Assembly (NCBI GenBank): GCA_964016885.1
Contig: OZ024740.1
Span: 278,380,001-278,444,000, forward strand
Source of the DNA: Eledone cirrhosa
Lineage: Eukaryota
Length of the DNA: 64,000 bases
Reading direction: 5' to 3'
The position numbers and the translations under genes were made by a program. Below the pieces are notes generated by a model. It saw nothing but the letters and a program-made list of their open reading frames with translations, had not been told where the DNA came from and searched no databases. Positions 14,215 to 28,923 of this stretch are shown piece after piece (within the stretch, counting starts at the first letter, position 1; every line of letters starts with the position of its first letter).

Positions 14215-15499
14215 AGTGTGTACTGGAGCTTTTAGAAAAATATACAGTAAAATTGTAGTTAAAATGTGTGAACAATAGTAGTTCGTAAATAAATACTATT
14301 TCATAGTTTCAATTAATTTTTGTGTAAATTCTGTTTCGAGTTTGGCTCATTGAATGATTCACAAACTTGATTAAAACTAAAATGAGGAAGAATCTTCGAT
14401 TTAACATGATTCTACTCAAATACAAAATTTAATTAATCGGTGTACTGCGATACTAATCTATTGGCTCACATAAATTTGTGTCTTTGTACGTATTCTTGAT
14501 ACGTGATTGGTGTATTTACTAATGGATTACATGGAAGAAGCTGAAATTTATATTCTGGCAGCTATTCAGCACTAAATTTCATTTTAAATATCTGAGAAAA
14601 TGTTTAAATATTCATTTCATTTGTGAAAACATGACATCCTCTTTTTAAGAAATGTTACTGTCGATCGATATTATCGGCATTTATATATTTTTTATTCAGT
14701 CGACCACACAAGCTTTTGAATTGAAAAATCACAATTCCTAAATGGGCGTATATTTTTGTTTAAATGTCTATCTGTATGAAATAGAAAAGACAGAAAATTA
14801 GAGTTATTAGGACTTCGAATTAAACATGATTTCGAATTTGTTAAACCCCTCTGCGTTCTGGCTTCAAATCTCGCCGAGGTAAATATTTCTTTCCATCTTT
14901 TCGAGGTCGATAAATGAAGTTCCACTACTGAGATCGGTTCTTTTTATCTCTCTCTCTCTATATCTCTATATATATATATATATATATTCATTTATTTTCT
15001 CGAAGACATCGGCTGTTTTCGGAGCTGGAAAAGGATGGGCTTCGCCATGTCCAAAATACGCAAGAAATGCCATATGTGAGAAGAGAATGGAGTCCTACAA
15101 CCCCGTCGTGAGTTAAGAGTATTTTACTTCTAAGAAAGAGAGACAGATATGAATATAATAGAGGGAAATTATAAAAGAAAGAAAGAAAAGAAAATACGAA
15201 AAATGACTAAAATATGTATATATGTTGGTTCATGTTGAAGCAAGGGCTGAGTCGTATAGAAATTCGTTTTCGGTGAACCGTGTACAAATCATGACTCCAT
15301 CCATTTTTACAGCTGTCTTATAGATGTTTGGTACACTTTCTGCTGTATTGAACAGAACTATTTTTTGCTGGTAGACACCTGACCCGATTTATTTTACCAT
15401 TGCGTAAGATGACTAACAGTGAAGTTAATATATGCATAATTAATACAAGGATCATTAAACACCTTATGCGATCAGGAAAAGCCATTGGCAGTAATCAGC

Positions 15500-15806
15500 G
15501 GTGGATTGGCAGTATCAGTAGAGGATTTGACGCCATGCTTTGCAGCGTAGAGTAACGTCCCTTTACGATTTGAGTTCAAATCCTGCTTTTCAATATTCAT
15601 AGATAGAAGGTTTTCCAAATGTTTATTCGTAAACAGACCGTATATGACCCGATGCTTTGCAGCAAAGAGTTACGGCCCTTTATGGTCTGAGTTCAAATCC
15701 CGCCGAGGTTAACTTTGCCTTTCATCCTTAAGGAGTCGATAAAATAAAGCACCAGTAATGCACTGGGATAATTGTTGGCCTTGTGCCAAAAGTAGAAACA
15801 ATTATT
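15500..15806 (+). mobile_element. SINE family 1: a 5' fragment plus a near-full copy
   Basis: A box and B box at 15500-15585; second copy at 15645-15806. Confidence 0.85.
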
Positions 15807-16629
15807 TTAGTCACTTCTGCATGAGAAAACTCCGGACATATTTCTGTCTTATTAGGCCTCTGCGGTAAAACAAAGATTTCACCATGTAGGTTTCATTTTG
15901 TAGGTTTATGGGAAGGGGAAATGCCATTGTTCTTCGCCGTTTAGGGGTGGCCGTGAAACCGTAGCAAATTTCAAATAACAACTGACGCAATATGCTCCCT
16001 GCATTAAATATGCTAAAGCTTTACTTTACTGTGGTTTCTTATGCAGATTAGCGTCTTAGAAATTTGGTTTTAGAATATGCAATTTTTTCGTGCCTACTCC
16101 TTTACTATTTTGTACATCTGCTTTATAATACTTTCATCTTTAGTTTTCGGCAAGTACGATAAATTCACGGAAGCGATCTCATAAGACTAAAATAAGCCTG
16201 GAAAAGAGATAAATCTTCTCATCGTCAGAACGCTTTTATTTCTAAACTTCCACTAAAGAATTGCACTCGGATCCGACGAAGAGGCACATGCGGAGTCGCT
16301 CACCCTGCTAGAAACAGAAGCCATATCTCCCTTGAATCAACATTGAAAAAAGGATACATATAGACAATACAATATAGACATATATATATAGTCTACTGTT
16401 GCTCGGTCGTGATTGAAGCGTTTTTTGGTCATATAATCGTTCGACTTGCATTTACCGGAGGTAATATGTCATGGTCAGAAACACGAACACAGGTGAGAAA
16501 ATACGAAACCCTAACTTCTCGACCAGGTATCCGGAATCGATCTTATCTTCGCGGTCATCCACGCTCTCTGAAGTATTAACAAAGATTACACAAATTTGAA
16601 CTCAGAATAGAGGATCTTTGGAGTAACGT

Positions 16630-16870
16630 TACACGATAAAGTACGTAGCTCGGAGATCAGAGAGTCACTCAAGGTAGAGCCGCTACTTCTCCGAATTGAG
16701 AGATCACAGCTCCAATACTGTGGGCGTGTGGCTAGAATGTCTCAGGAAAGAATCGCTGGACAGATTTTACGGGCAAAACCAACTGGTAGGAGTGGTTGAT
16801 GACTTTTCCCCCCACGACCCTCTCAGGAAGAAGAAGAAGAAGAAGAAGAAGAAGAAGAAGAAGAAGAAGA
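16630..16870 (+). mobile_element. RTE-like LINE 3' fragment with (AAG)n tail
   Basis: DKVRSSEIRESLKVEPLLLRIERSQLQYCGRVARMSQERIAGQIL, then (aag)n. Confidence 0.7.
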
Positions 16871-17555
16871 ATGTAAGGCAGTGACTAAATAGTGCAAATG
16901 ATCGATATTTTAATGATTTAGCTAATCTACCGCCCAGGTATGCATCTATATTGATTATTAACTTAGACATCAAGCAGGAAATTTGAAAAGAATAATTTAG
17001 TCGATTGACTCAACTGTTAGTTAGTTGTACTATTACCTGCCTACTAATGAACACTTATGTGATTGTTCGACTTATTAGAAATAGTAACACAATCTTCCTC
17101 AAATGCCATGGTGTTAAAATGGTAAGGATATGTTGTATAACTTAGTCCCAGATAGAATATGTCTAAAGGAAAGACGAGATGGTCCCCTTGTGGTTAAATG
17201 ACCATTAGAACAACAATTGTTACATAGTTTAACAATGTCAACCATTAGAACAACAGCTATTACATAGTTTAACAATATCATATAGAATAAAATACAGAAC
17301 GTAATGAAACCAAACTAAAAGCAACAAAGTATTCTTCAGTCTGGCAGCCCACCTGATCCCACAACCCTTGACGTGTGCAAGTGTTGATTTCTAGCATAAT
17401 CAAATAGTATAGTCGATCAAGATTGACCTAAGTATGTGACTAGTATCATATATATTATATTATCAATCATGGAAGTAAGAAGATAAACGTGACCTGCATA
17501 GAATGTGGAGGCCTGTCAATAAATATCGCAAGACGTTAACGTCTATTGTTTTTGC

Positions 17556-17695
17556 CACACCATATCACACCATATCTCAGCACACCACACCACAGCACAC
17601 CATAGCACATCACACCACAGCACACCATAGTGAATCACACTACAATACACAATAGCACATCGCACCACTGCACACCATAGCGCATCACACAAACA
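17556..17695. repeat. ~25-bp minisatellite built of CACAC/CATAG pentamers
   Basis: caccacagcacaccatagcacatca units. Confidence 0.75.
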
Positions 17696-17827
17696 CATTT
17701 TGGTGTATAATTATTAGTACTCATATGTCTTGCATCATAACAGTGAAGCATGAGAAATCCTTTAAGAAAGAAGAGAGAGGGATTATGTGCAGACAGTCAT
17801 TGAACAATTAATAACACACATTATATC

Positions 17828-18016
17828 TGGATTGGCAGTATCGGTAGAGGGTCGGACGCCATGCTTTCCAGCATAGTTACGTCCCTTTACGATCTGAGTT
17901 CAAATCCCGCCGAGGTTGACTTTGCCTTTCATCCTTACGGGGTCGATAAAATAAAGTACCAGTAATACACTGGGGTAATTGCTGGCCTTGTGCCTAAAGT
18001 AGAAACAATTATTATT
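17828..18016 (+). mobile_element. SINE family 1, full copy with (ATT) tail
   Basis: A box TGGCAGTATCGG, B box GAGTTCAAATCCC, central box, tail agaaacaattattatta. Confidence 0.92.
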
Positions 18017-18054
18017 AAAGGACTTGAACATGTGAAATTACTTCGCTTTTCCTT

Positions 18055-18104
<50 letters not shown>

Positions 18105-18139
18105 GTTATACTTGGGGAGGGTCATATTTGTGTAATATT

Positions 18140-18210
18140 TGTTTCTACTTTAGGCACAAGGCCAGCAATAACCCAGTTCATTACTGGTATACTTTATTTT
18201 ATCGACCCCG
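18140..18210 (-). mobile_element. 5'-truncated SINE family 1 inserted into a pLTR-like repeat
   Basis: Flanked by duplicated gtaatatt (18132-18139, 18210-18217); the host sequence matches 2978-3080. Confidence 0.8.
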
Positions 18211-18555
18211 TAATATTGCCAGAATTAATAACAGAACACACTCACTGTATGGTTGGTTTTCGCTTCTCGCTTCTGTGTCTTTTATATCGGTAATCTAACT
18301 TACTCGGTCCTCAATGTTGCCATTGACTGACCGACGGTCAAAAATAATACAGATACATGGGTAGTGCACAGTGGATGCTATCACTCAGTTGAGATTCTTG
18401 TAATGTGAACCATTAAAACATGATAAAGAACAACAATAACAGTGTATGTTGAGTTGAATATGTGACTATACGCACAATAAATCCGAACGCCGTGTAATGA
18501 AATATTGATGTAAGAAGAATGTGTTCGATTGAAAAAAGCAAAAGCTAGACTGAAT

Positions 18556-18663
<108 letters not shown>

Positions 18664-19094
18664 TCAAAGCTAACATTGTTAAATGTCTCCTCACGAAATG
18701 ATGTTACGATGTGTCCTAAAAGTAGTCTCTTATCCCTATGTTCAGCTTAGACAAGCTGGTGCCAGATGTATGGTCTCTGCATCATTTGAATCTGTTAAAA
18801 TGAAGGATACTGGCGTCCTGTAAATCCTCCCAATTTCTCATCAAACTGCATAATCATATAGATAGTGTGTAGGCTTATTAACCGACACACATACACATAC
18901 ACACACTGACATACTCATACGCACACATACATACATGTATACGTACGTGAATGCAAGCATACATACACACACACTCACACATAAATATATATGTATATTC
19001 AATTGAAGAAAGTTGGTTGATTGAAAATCTGCCGCCTTTTTATTAATAGGCATGAAGCACTCCACGGTTTTTATTCATCCGGATTTTTATTATA

Positions 19095-19270
19095 TACTAG
19101 ATCACCCGTAACCCGTTGGGTCACGTTCACTTCAAAATAGTTCACTTAAAAATAATTTTTAAATAATTAAAATATACACAGACATATATATAATCTGAAA
19201 TGAAACTGGAAGGCCCATATATTTACGTGTGTGTATGTATATATATATATAAATGTGTGTGTGTGTGTAC

Positions 19271-19301
<31 letters not shown>

Positions 19302-19465
19302 CATATATATATATGAGTGTCTGTGATCTATATACACTGGTCATAGACATATACACACATACATATATACATATGCACATACACATTCACATATATATAT
19401 ACACACAACAACACCACCAGCTCTATCTTCCATTCTCCTTCTCTGTCTCATTCTCTCTCTCTCTC

Positions 19466-19514
<49 letters not shown>

Positions 19515-19770
19515 AAATCTACTCTCTCACAACCACTATCTCTTTCTCTACCTTTCTCTTTCTCTATTTCTGAAGGTACCCGGGAAAACCCCATATCACG
19601 GGAACAGGTGCTCCGATTTACGCGAAACTTGTTTTATTCTATTTGTATTCCCATTTCAGGGTCAACTTCCTTTCAAAGTATTTCCCATTATGCACCCTTT
19701 TGGCTGTATTACATTACAGACAAGCAAGGAAGCAATCACAGAGTTATGATGAAATTATCCAGTTATGTAT
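19095..19770. mobile_element. Possible non-autonomous Helitron/Helentron-like element with internal microsatellites
   Basis: Begins tatactagatcacccgtaacccgttgggtcacg (short hairpin), followed by internal simple repeats; general resemblance only. Confidence 0.3.
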
Positions 19771-20227
19771 GACAACTAAATAGAAACTCTTCGTTTACGA
19801 CAGCAAATGAAAGATAAATGGAAAATCATTGAAAAGCGTAAACCATATAAGAACGGATGATGATGTGATCTCCGCTTGGCTGAAAATGATCCATTGTTAA
19901 ACTCCTTCATAATTCTGACCACCGTATACATGCTAAATATTTTGTAGTCTATTTTCACGAACATTTAAAACGTATTGTACATTCCTACTACTATTAAGTA
20001 GGCTCTCTAACACCTACTTCTTTCTAAATTTACGTATGAACTGATATGTATATAGCAGGCATACATGTACATGTGTGTGTGCGTGTGCATACGTATGGCC
20101 CTATAATAATTATTAAGTGATTATATGTCACCCTTATCACTTCGATTATTCTCGTTATTCCTTTTACCTGTTTCCTTTCCTTCCATTCCTCTCTAGCTCG
20201 CTTTCACTTCTTACATTTTTGTATTAT

Positions 20228-20316
20228 TGCCTTTCATCCTTACGGGGTCGATAAAATAAAGTACCAGTAATGCACTGGGTAATTGCTGGCCTTGTACCAA
20301 TAGTAGAAACAATTAT
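20228..20316 (+). mobile_element. SINE family 1, 3' half
   Basis: Consensus match. Confidence 0.85.
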
Positions 20317-20634
20317 ATCCTTTACTCGCGCAAATTTCTTTTTTTATTTCAGTCTATTTCTTTTTCTTTTTCTTTTTCTTTTTCTTTTTCTTTTTCTTTT
20401 TCCAATGCAAAAGTCAAAGGAGGATCATATATTTTTTGAAATAAGATTTACATCCCATGAAACTGTTTTTGTATGCTGCCCTAACAGTCAATTTTTTTAT
20501 ATTGTGTGAAGAAATTGAACAAGTTCTGTAGTCAAATCTAACATATAATCCATGTAGTGTAGTTTGCATTATAAATATTTCACCCTACATTTGCATTATA
20601 TATGGTTTTTTTATGTATATGTGGTATATATATA

Positions 20635-20671
<37 letters not shown>

Positions 20672-20766
20672 GAATGTATGTATGCATGTTTGTATTTATA
20701 TATATATATATATAACTAAAAAGTCAATCTGTGAACGGAGAAGTAAATATTTCAAATATTTGTATG

Positions 20767-20826
<60 letters not shown>

Positions 20827-20947
20827 CATACAAATATTTGAAATATTTACCTCTGCGTTCACAGATTGACCTTTTTAGTTTCAGAAGATCCCGTTAAGGG
20901 TCAAAGCAGCGATTCTTTGCTTAAACTTTAATCTGTTATTTTAATAA

Positions 20948-21022
<75 letters not shown>

Positions 21023-21111
21023 CTTATGAAACAAAACAAAACACAGGAAACACAATTACAGTTATATTAGGTTCATGCTTGGAGGAAGTGGAGGATATAT
21101 ATATATATACA

Positions 21112-21146
<35 letters not shown>

Positions 21147-21149
<3 letters not shown>

Positions 21150-21919
21150 GCATCCAATAACATCAGAGACCTGGGGGTAATTGTGGACAACAACATAAGC
21201 TGGGCCACTCATATAAACAGCAAAGTTGATATGGCCCGCAGAATGTGTTCCTGGATTCAGAGAACTTTCCAGTCGAGAGATATCCACACTGTTATCCTTC
21301 TCTTCACTTTTGCCCGACCCCACCTTGAATACTGTTGTCCACTGTGGTCACCCCACACGAAACAAAGTATCATGAAAGTTGAAGCACCCCAAAGGTCAAT
21401 TGCAATAAGGATAGATGGCATGACAGGCCTTGACTATTGGAGTCGATTAGAAAAGCTCAAACTTTATTCTCCTCAACGTCACCATGAGCGCTACATTATC
21501 TGTATGATGTGGGAAAAATTCCATCAGCTTTGCCCAAATGATGTTGGCATCATCTTTAATGTACACCCAAGGCTTGGGCCCCGTGCTATCCGCCTACGAC
21601 AAAAATCTCACTCGCATCTCATAACAACAATACGGCACAATTATTTCACCTCAAGTGGCCCCGCACTCTTTAACATTATACCAAAACACATCAAAGCAGA
21701 GACAGACCCCATCAAGTTCAAGAAGTCTTTGGATAAATTCCTTCAAGAAATCCCGGATAAGCCTCCTACACCCAGATATGCCTCCGTAAACAATAACTCT
21801 CTGCTCGAGTGGGCCATGGTGCCCAAACACTGATTTGTAAGACTTCGCCAGGCGGTGCTATTAAGTTAGACATGGCCTGAGCCAATACTGGCCGAAACCT
21901 ATCAAAGTTATCAAAGTTA
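21147..21919 (+). mobile_element. CR1/L2-group LINE 3' fragment in (TA)n
   Basis: RDLGVIVDNNISWATHI, RPHLEYCCPLWSPH, YWSRLEKLKLYS, FKKSLDKFL; short tandem tail tatcaaagt x2. Confidence 0.85.
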
Positions 21920-21927
21920 TATATATA

Positions 21928-23736
<1,809 letters not shown>

Positions 23737-24779
23737 GAGAGAAAGCGAGGGGGGAAATCTGTATGAGTACAAAGCGTGTTCGCGTGCGTGTGTGATTGAC
23801 TAATGCTGGAAATATTATGAAATTATGAATAGTAGAGAAAGTGGTATATAATAAAGATAAATATACATTTTTGTTTACATATGTAGACGCTATATCGACC
23901 CGCAGGATTACTAATGCCTTGCATCCCGTATAAGATCTCTGGTACAACTCTTTACAGAAATACTAATTTGCAATGGAATGCTTTTATGGGATTAAATATA
24001 CTGGTTCATGTTTGCAGGTGTCTCTTAAAGAAATACGACATACAAACACTCTGCTCTCAAATACTCCCATCATAACTTCTTACGCAAACAAGATGCTTGT
24101 TAATCCTTAATAGACGAGTTCTAATGGAAAAAAGATTGGAGTTTTTTTTTGTTTGTTTGTTTTTGCTTAATAGTGTTCATTTACTGAATCAATGGCTACA
24201 GCTGTAGACTGAGCACCCGTGTATCAGACAGACGATTGTGAATCAAAAAACTTTGGGTGTGAGATTGAGTGTGACAGTGAGAACGGGAAGCTAGTTGGTA
24301 AATGAGACTAAAATTGGAGTAACAGAAAAATGTAAATTGGAAGGAATGAGAGTGGACAGTTAACAGTGAAATCGTAGGTCAAAGTGTGAGAAAGCGAACG
24401 AGAGGGGGAGAGAAAGAGAGGGTGAGAGAGCAAGAGACTGTTGGAAACGAAGTTAAGGTGTAGTTTTAGAACTATATTAGACGGATAGACAGACAGATAG
24501 ATAGATATCTTTCTTTATTTGCCACAAGGGCGTACAAAAATGGGACATTACAAGACGTGACGGAGGGGGTTTTACATAAAAATAACTTTAACATTAATAA
24601 ATAACAATAAACTATATATAATAAAATAACAATTGAAATCCCCAATAGGGGGGGGGGTAACGTTACTGCAGGGTTGTTTTACACCCCGTGGATAGAACAA
24701 CCCTCAACACCAGGAACACGTTTTGTAGGTGTTCCTATCTTCCCTCTGTTTATCTTCCTCAACCTACAGGTTTATATAC

Positions 24780-26750
24780 AGAGAAGGCCCATTCACTCGG
24801 GCCATTTTCACCACATTCACCCACCTTTCATCGAATTTACTGGGGTGAAGCACCTCTCTCTCCACTCTCACCTTCCTTCTGAAGTGATACCTAAGGAAGG
24901 GGATAAGTTTTTGTCCGGAGAGAAAGGTGTTTGCCCTCAGTCATTTTAACCTCGTCCACCATATAACCTCTTTCGCCATAGCCACCAGACAGAGGAAAAC
25001 CGCCTCTCCTTCGTTCTTAAATGAAGACGGCGGGGTGATCCTCACGATGGACTCGGCTGACAACTGGATGCGTCCCACACGTGACAGCAGCTGTTCGACA
25101 TAATTCCACAGGTCGGTCACCCCTGGGCACTGAACAATTGCGTGCAGAACGGTTTCGATGTCCTGCTCGCATCTTGGATAGGTCCTTTTGGCAGGATCTC
25201 TGCCAAGGCGTCCGTGCCTGTAGATTTTGTCTCGAACTGGTAGAGTTCCTCGGTAGCACTGCCAAGCCAGAGATCTCTGGAAGTTATCCATAGGCCCTGG
25301 ACGGAAAGTCCTCCCGAACAGACTGGTCAGTTCGTCCTCCTCGATGCCTAGAGTTTCCCCGAGAACGTCGTCGTACTTATCCTCCACTAATCCCTATAGA
25401 ATGTCGAAGTGGAGTCTCCGCTGATTGCTGTTTCCGCTTGGTAGAGGGCTGTGAACGCCTGTAGGCACTCGAGGTGCCAGGCGCCCATTTTCGGTCTTCG
25501 CTTGACCCAGGACTGCAGCTCTGTTAGTGAGACGAGTTGTGGAAGAGCTTGTCTCACAAACGATAGCCACACCGGTTCATCGGTCAGGAATACATGGAAA
25601 TGGCGTAGCCTCAGCGCATGTTTGCGCATCATCAGCCACGGCATGCCCAGCCCTCCGTTAGAAGGGTGTTGACAGCAGATGGATCTCCTCACCAATGGAG
25701 CCTGTTTCTTCCAGAGGAACTTGAAGAGTAGGCGTTCCATTTTGGTAAGGTATTCGCGGGGGCAAGGCACGACTGCGGAGCAGTAGTAGATGACGGACGC
25801 TATGTAAGTGTTCGCCACCTCCTCTCGACCTTTCAAGGAGAGTTTGCACTCAGTCCACTTCTGGGTGAGTGCAAACACCTTCGCGGTGACCTCGTTCCAG
25901 TTCTTGTCCACCTAGAGGCCTGGACCGAACCAGACCCCGAGCAATTTCACCGGTCCTTCATCCAGCGTCCAATGACACTGTCGGAAGACATGGGTTTGCC
26001 TCTCCATGAGCCGAGTTGCAAACCGACAGACTTGTTTGGGTTTAGTCTTGCTCCTGTCAACGTTTCGTATTCCTGTAATAGGTTGCCGATTACCCTGATT
26101 TCCGAGGTTTTCGACAACATTACGGTTATGTCGTCGGCATAGGCTGACGCTGCGTTCCTCAGTCCTGATTCGATCGGGATGCCCTGCAACAGCTCCAGCT
26201 TCCGCAGTAACGGCTCGAGAGTCAGTACATACAGAATGGAGGAGAGAGGGCATCCCTAACTGATGGAACGCATTATTTGGAATGGCTCTGATAGGTAGCC
26301 ATTCATCTTGACTGCCGAGCAGATGCTGGTGTGCATGGCAGCGATCCAACCTCGGAAGACGGGACCGAAGCCGGCCGCCTTGAGAACTGCTTCCAAGTAT
26401 TGATGGTCGACCCTATCAAATGCCTTAGACTGATCTAAATTGATCCGAGCCCCACCCTTTATCGGGACATGCTCCCACATTGTCCCAACGTGCATCTAGG
26501 ATTCCATTCCAGTCCCCCACTAAAAGCAGGGAGCGGGACGTTCCTAGAAAAGTCTCTAGACGTTTGAAGAGGTCTGGCCGCGGAGTCCCGGATGGGGCAT
26601 ATGCGGCCACCAGCCTGAAGGCTCCACCTTCCCTACCGTCAACGTCTAGGACCACCAGTCGACTCTCCGGATCCAGATGTACCGTCGTGTTACGAGACCC
26701 AGGTGTTTCCTCAGCAAAACGACAACCCCGCCCCCACCTCCCGACTGACA
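24780..26750 (-). pseudogene. Tx1 ORF2 remnant (APE endonuclease/RT/zinc finger), copy G
   Basis: ORF fragments 24941-25387, 25387-25911, 25947-26189, 26256-26495 and 26425-26799 are colinear with the intact 1139-aa ORF2. Confidence 0.9.
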
Positions 26751-26795
26751 TAGAGATGCGTTGGTGAGGAAGAGTTAGAAAAGAAAAGGAAGAGT

Positions 26796-28670
26796 TCACT
26801 CACCTTTTCGTTTCATGGAGAGCGGGTCGCTCAAGTTCCATGGAGGTGTTGGAGGGGTTGTCTGGGTGGGTGGTGGTTTCCGGTGGGGTGGGGACGGAGA
26901 TGTTTGGTAGGGAGGGGGTGTCTGGTGGGATTGGGGATGGGGGGTGGGGGGTCTGGGGGGGAGACATTTGAGAAGGACGCGGTTAAGTGGTTTCACGCAG
27001 GAATTCCCCACGTCCTTTTCAAATGTTTCTTTTAGGGACCTATAAGTTTGTATAGGGACCCTAATCAGTTTTAGGTTCGGTTTTTTATTATTTTTATTAG
27101 AGTTTGCGAAAGTTTTCCCTTCGGTTTTCACCGAAGGATTGTTCGTGATGGTCTCCATTAGTGTTTTGTTTTCAGTGTTTATGTATGTGTAAGTGTAATT
27201 TTCTTGTGCTGTGTTTGTTTTGTCTGTAATTCTTGTATGTGCTTTCGTTTTGTTGTAGGCATTTTGTTTTCAGGAGGTTGGGATTTTTTTGTGAGGTTTT
27301 TGTTGTTTGTGTTGGTGGTTGTATGTTTGTGGTAGTGTTTGCTGGTTTTTTGTTTTTGTGGTGCCTTTTTTCTTTTCGAGCGATGGGGTTCTCCTTCGTC
27401 TTCACTGGGTGATGACGAGTTAGCCTCATCTGTTGTATCGTATGTGTGATTGGGGAGGGGTATGTCTTGGGGAGCTGTTGTGTTTGTGGATGTTTTTGTA
27501 GTGGTTTTAGGTGGGGTGGGGTGGGAATGTGCTTGCGGTTTGGTTTGTTGCTCTTGTTTTGGTTATGTTTGTGTGTTGTTGTTGTTGCTGCTGTGGTGGT
27601 GGTTGTGTTGTTGTTTTGGGCTGTTGGCAGTAGTGCCTCTTTTTTTCTTGCAGCTAGCTGAGCAGAGTAAGCCTTCAGGCGACCACTGCTTAAACAATGG
27701 TAACATGAAGGCCGCCTACCCTCAATAGAAATGTTTATGTATGAATTCCCATCCAGAGGCACACGTTGGGGTATTTTAGCTATCCGTTCTGGCCTCATTT
27801 GGACCAGAACTTCCAGGCTTGTACCATTGAATGTGCCTTTGGAGGACTTTCCCACTGAAATTATGGTGTCTTCATCGAAATCGATGAAGCCAGTCAAAAT
27901 ACACCAGACGTTTACGTTTGGTGTAATGTTTGAAATTTTAATTTTCTGGGTTCTTTTTCCCATATATGTTGAGAAAAAGGTGTAAAGGGTGGACACAATT
28001 GGCGACACAGAATATTTTTGTGCCGTCAATTGGTCTTTCATCAGCACCGAAATTCTTCCGAAAAGTTTACCTTTTTGGTTGTAAGCCAATATCCTTCATC
28101 GAATTCTTCAAAACCTGTTCAATTTCGTTTTGGGGATAATTGCACTGGGTTTTTAGACGAATTTGAAACTGTCCTAAAAATTATTGTTTTTAGGATAGTT
28201 TCTCTACGTAACTGTTGAGGAGAAGTGATGCTGAAAGCACCACTCTCACCAAAAGTTACATATTGCTTTGCCTCTCTTAACAACTCCCTAGCATTGGAGA
28301 TGTCAAGATATGTAAACAGTTCCGTCTTTTGGACGATTTGTACAAAGGAAATCTTTTCCTTGTTTGTGGAGTTGTTCGTGTTGCTGTTGTTGGTGGTGGT
28401 GTTGTTGTTATCATTGTTGCTATTGTTGTTCTTGTTCTTGTTGTCATTATTGTTGTTGTTGTTGTTGTTGTTCTGGTTGGTGTTGTTTAAATTTTCGATG
28501 TTATTGGTGTTGGTGTTGGTGTTACAGTCAACGTTCGACATCGTGTTTACGAGTCTCACAAAACTGACGACATTTTCAACGTCTTTCAATGAGGTGGTGA
28601 GAGGAGATGACTGCGAGTTTAACACTCTTACCGCTTCTCCACCACTTCTAGTACTGGACGCGGCATCCAT
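26796..28670 (-). pseudogene. Tx1 ORF1 (gag-like) remnant, copy G
   Basis: Three frames; Asn-rich N-terminus, degenerate zinc knuckle, Pro/Thr-rich C-terminus. Confidence 0.8.
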
Positions 28671-28890
28671 GACTTAATGCAAAATTTTGTTTACAATTTT
28701 TCACCGTAAAAATGTTTTCAAACGAAAATTTCACCCCAGGGAGGGGTGAAGATGAGTTGACCCACCGTCTGAAGGTCCAGACGTGGGGTCAAGCTATAAA
28801 ATAGTATCAAATTTAACAATAATCTTTTGATTTCTTACGTAGAAAATCAACAAAAACTTACCAGCGAACTGGCACACGTCTATTGAGATT

Positions 28891-28923
<33 letters not shown>

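Larger units (their letters stand above)
24508..28890 (-). mobile_element. Tx1-clade non-LTR retrotransposon, copy G, inserted in (GATA)n/(TATC)n; decayed, with internal deletions
   Basis: ORF1 remnants (SFVQIV, IEGRRPSCYHC) and ORF2 remnants (LVGDWNGILD, INLDQSKAFDRVDH, SAYADD, CEQDIETVLHAIVQC); gata repeats at both ends. Confidence 0.92.

Noticed and set aside
20876-20926. Hammerhead-like layout agttt cagaaga tccc..gggt caaa gca..tgc tt aaact (fragment also at 60723)
   Set aside because: The stems fit but both core boxes are mutated; at most a relic
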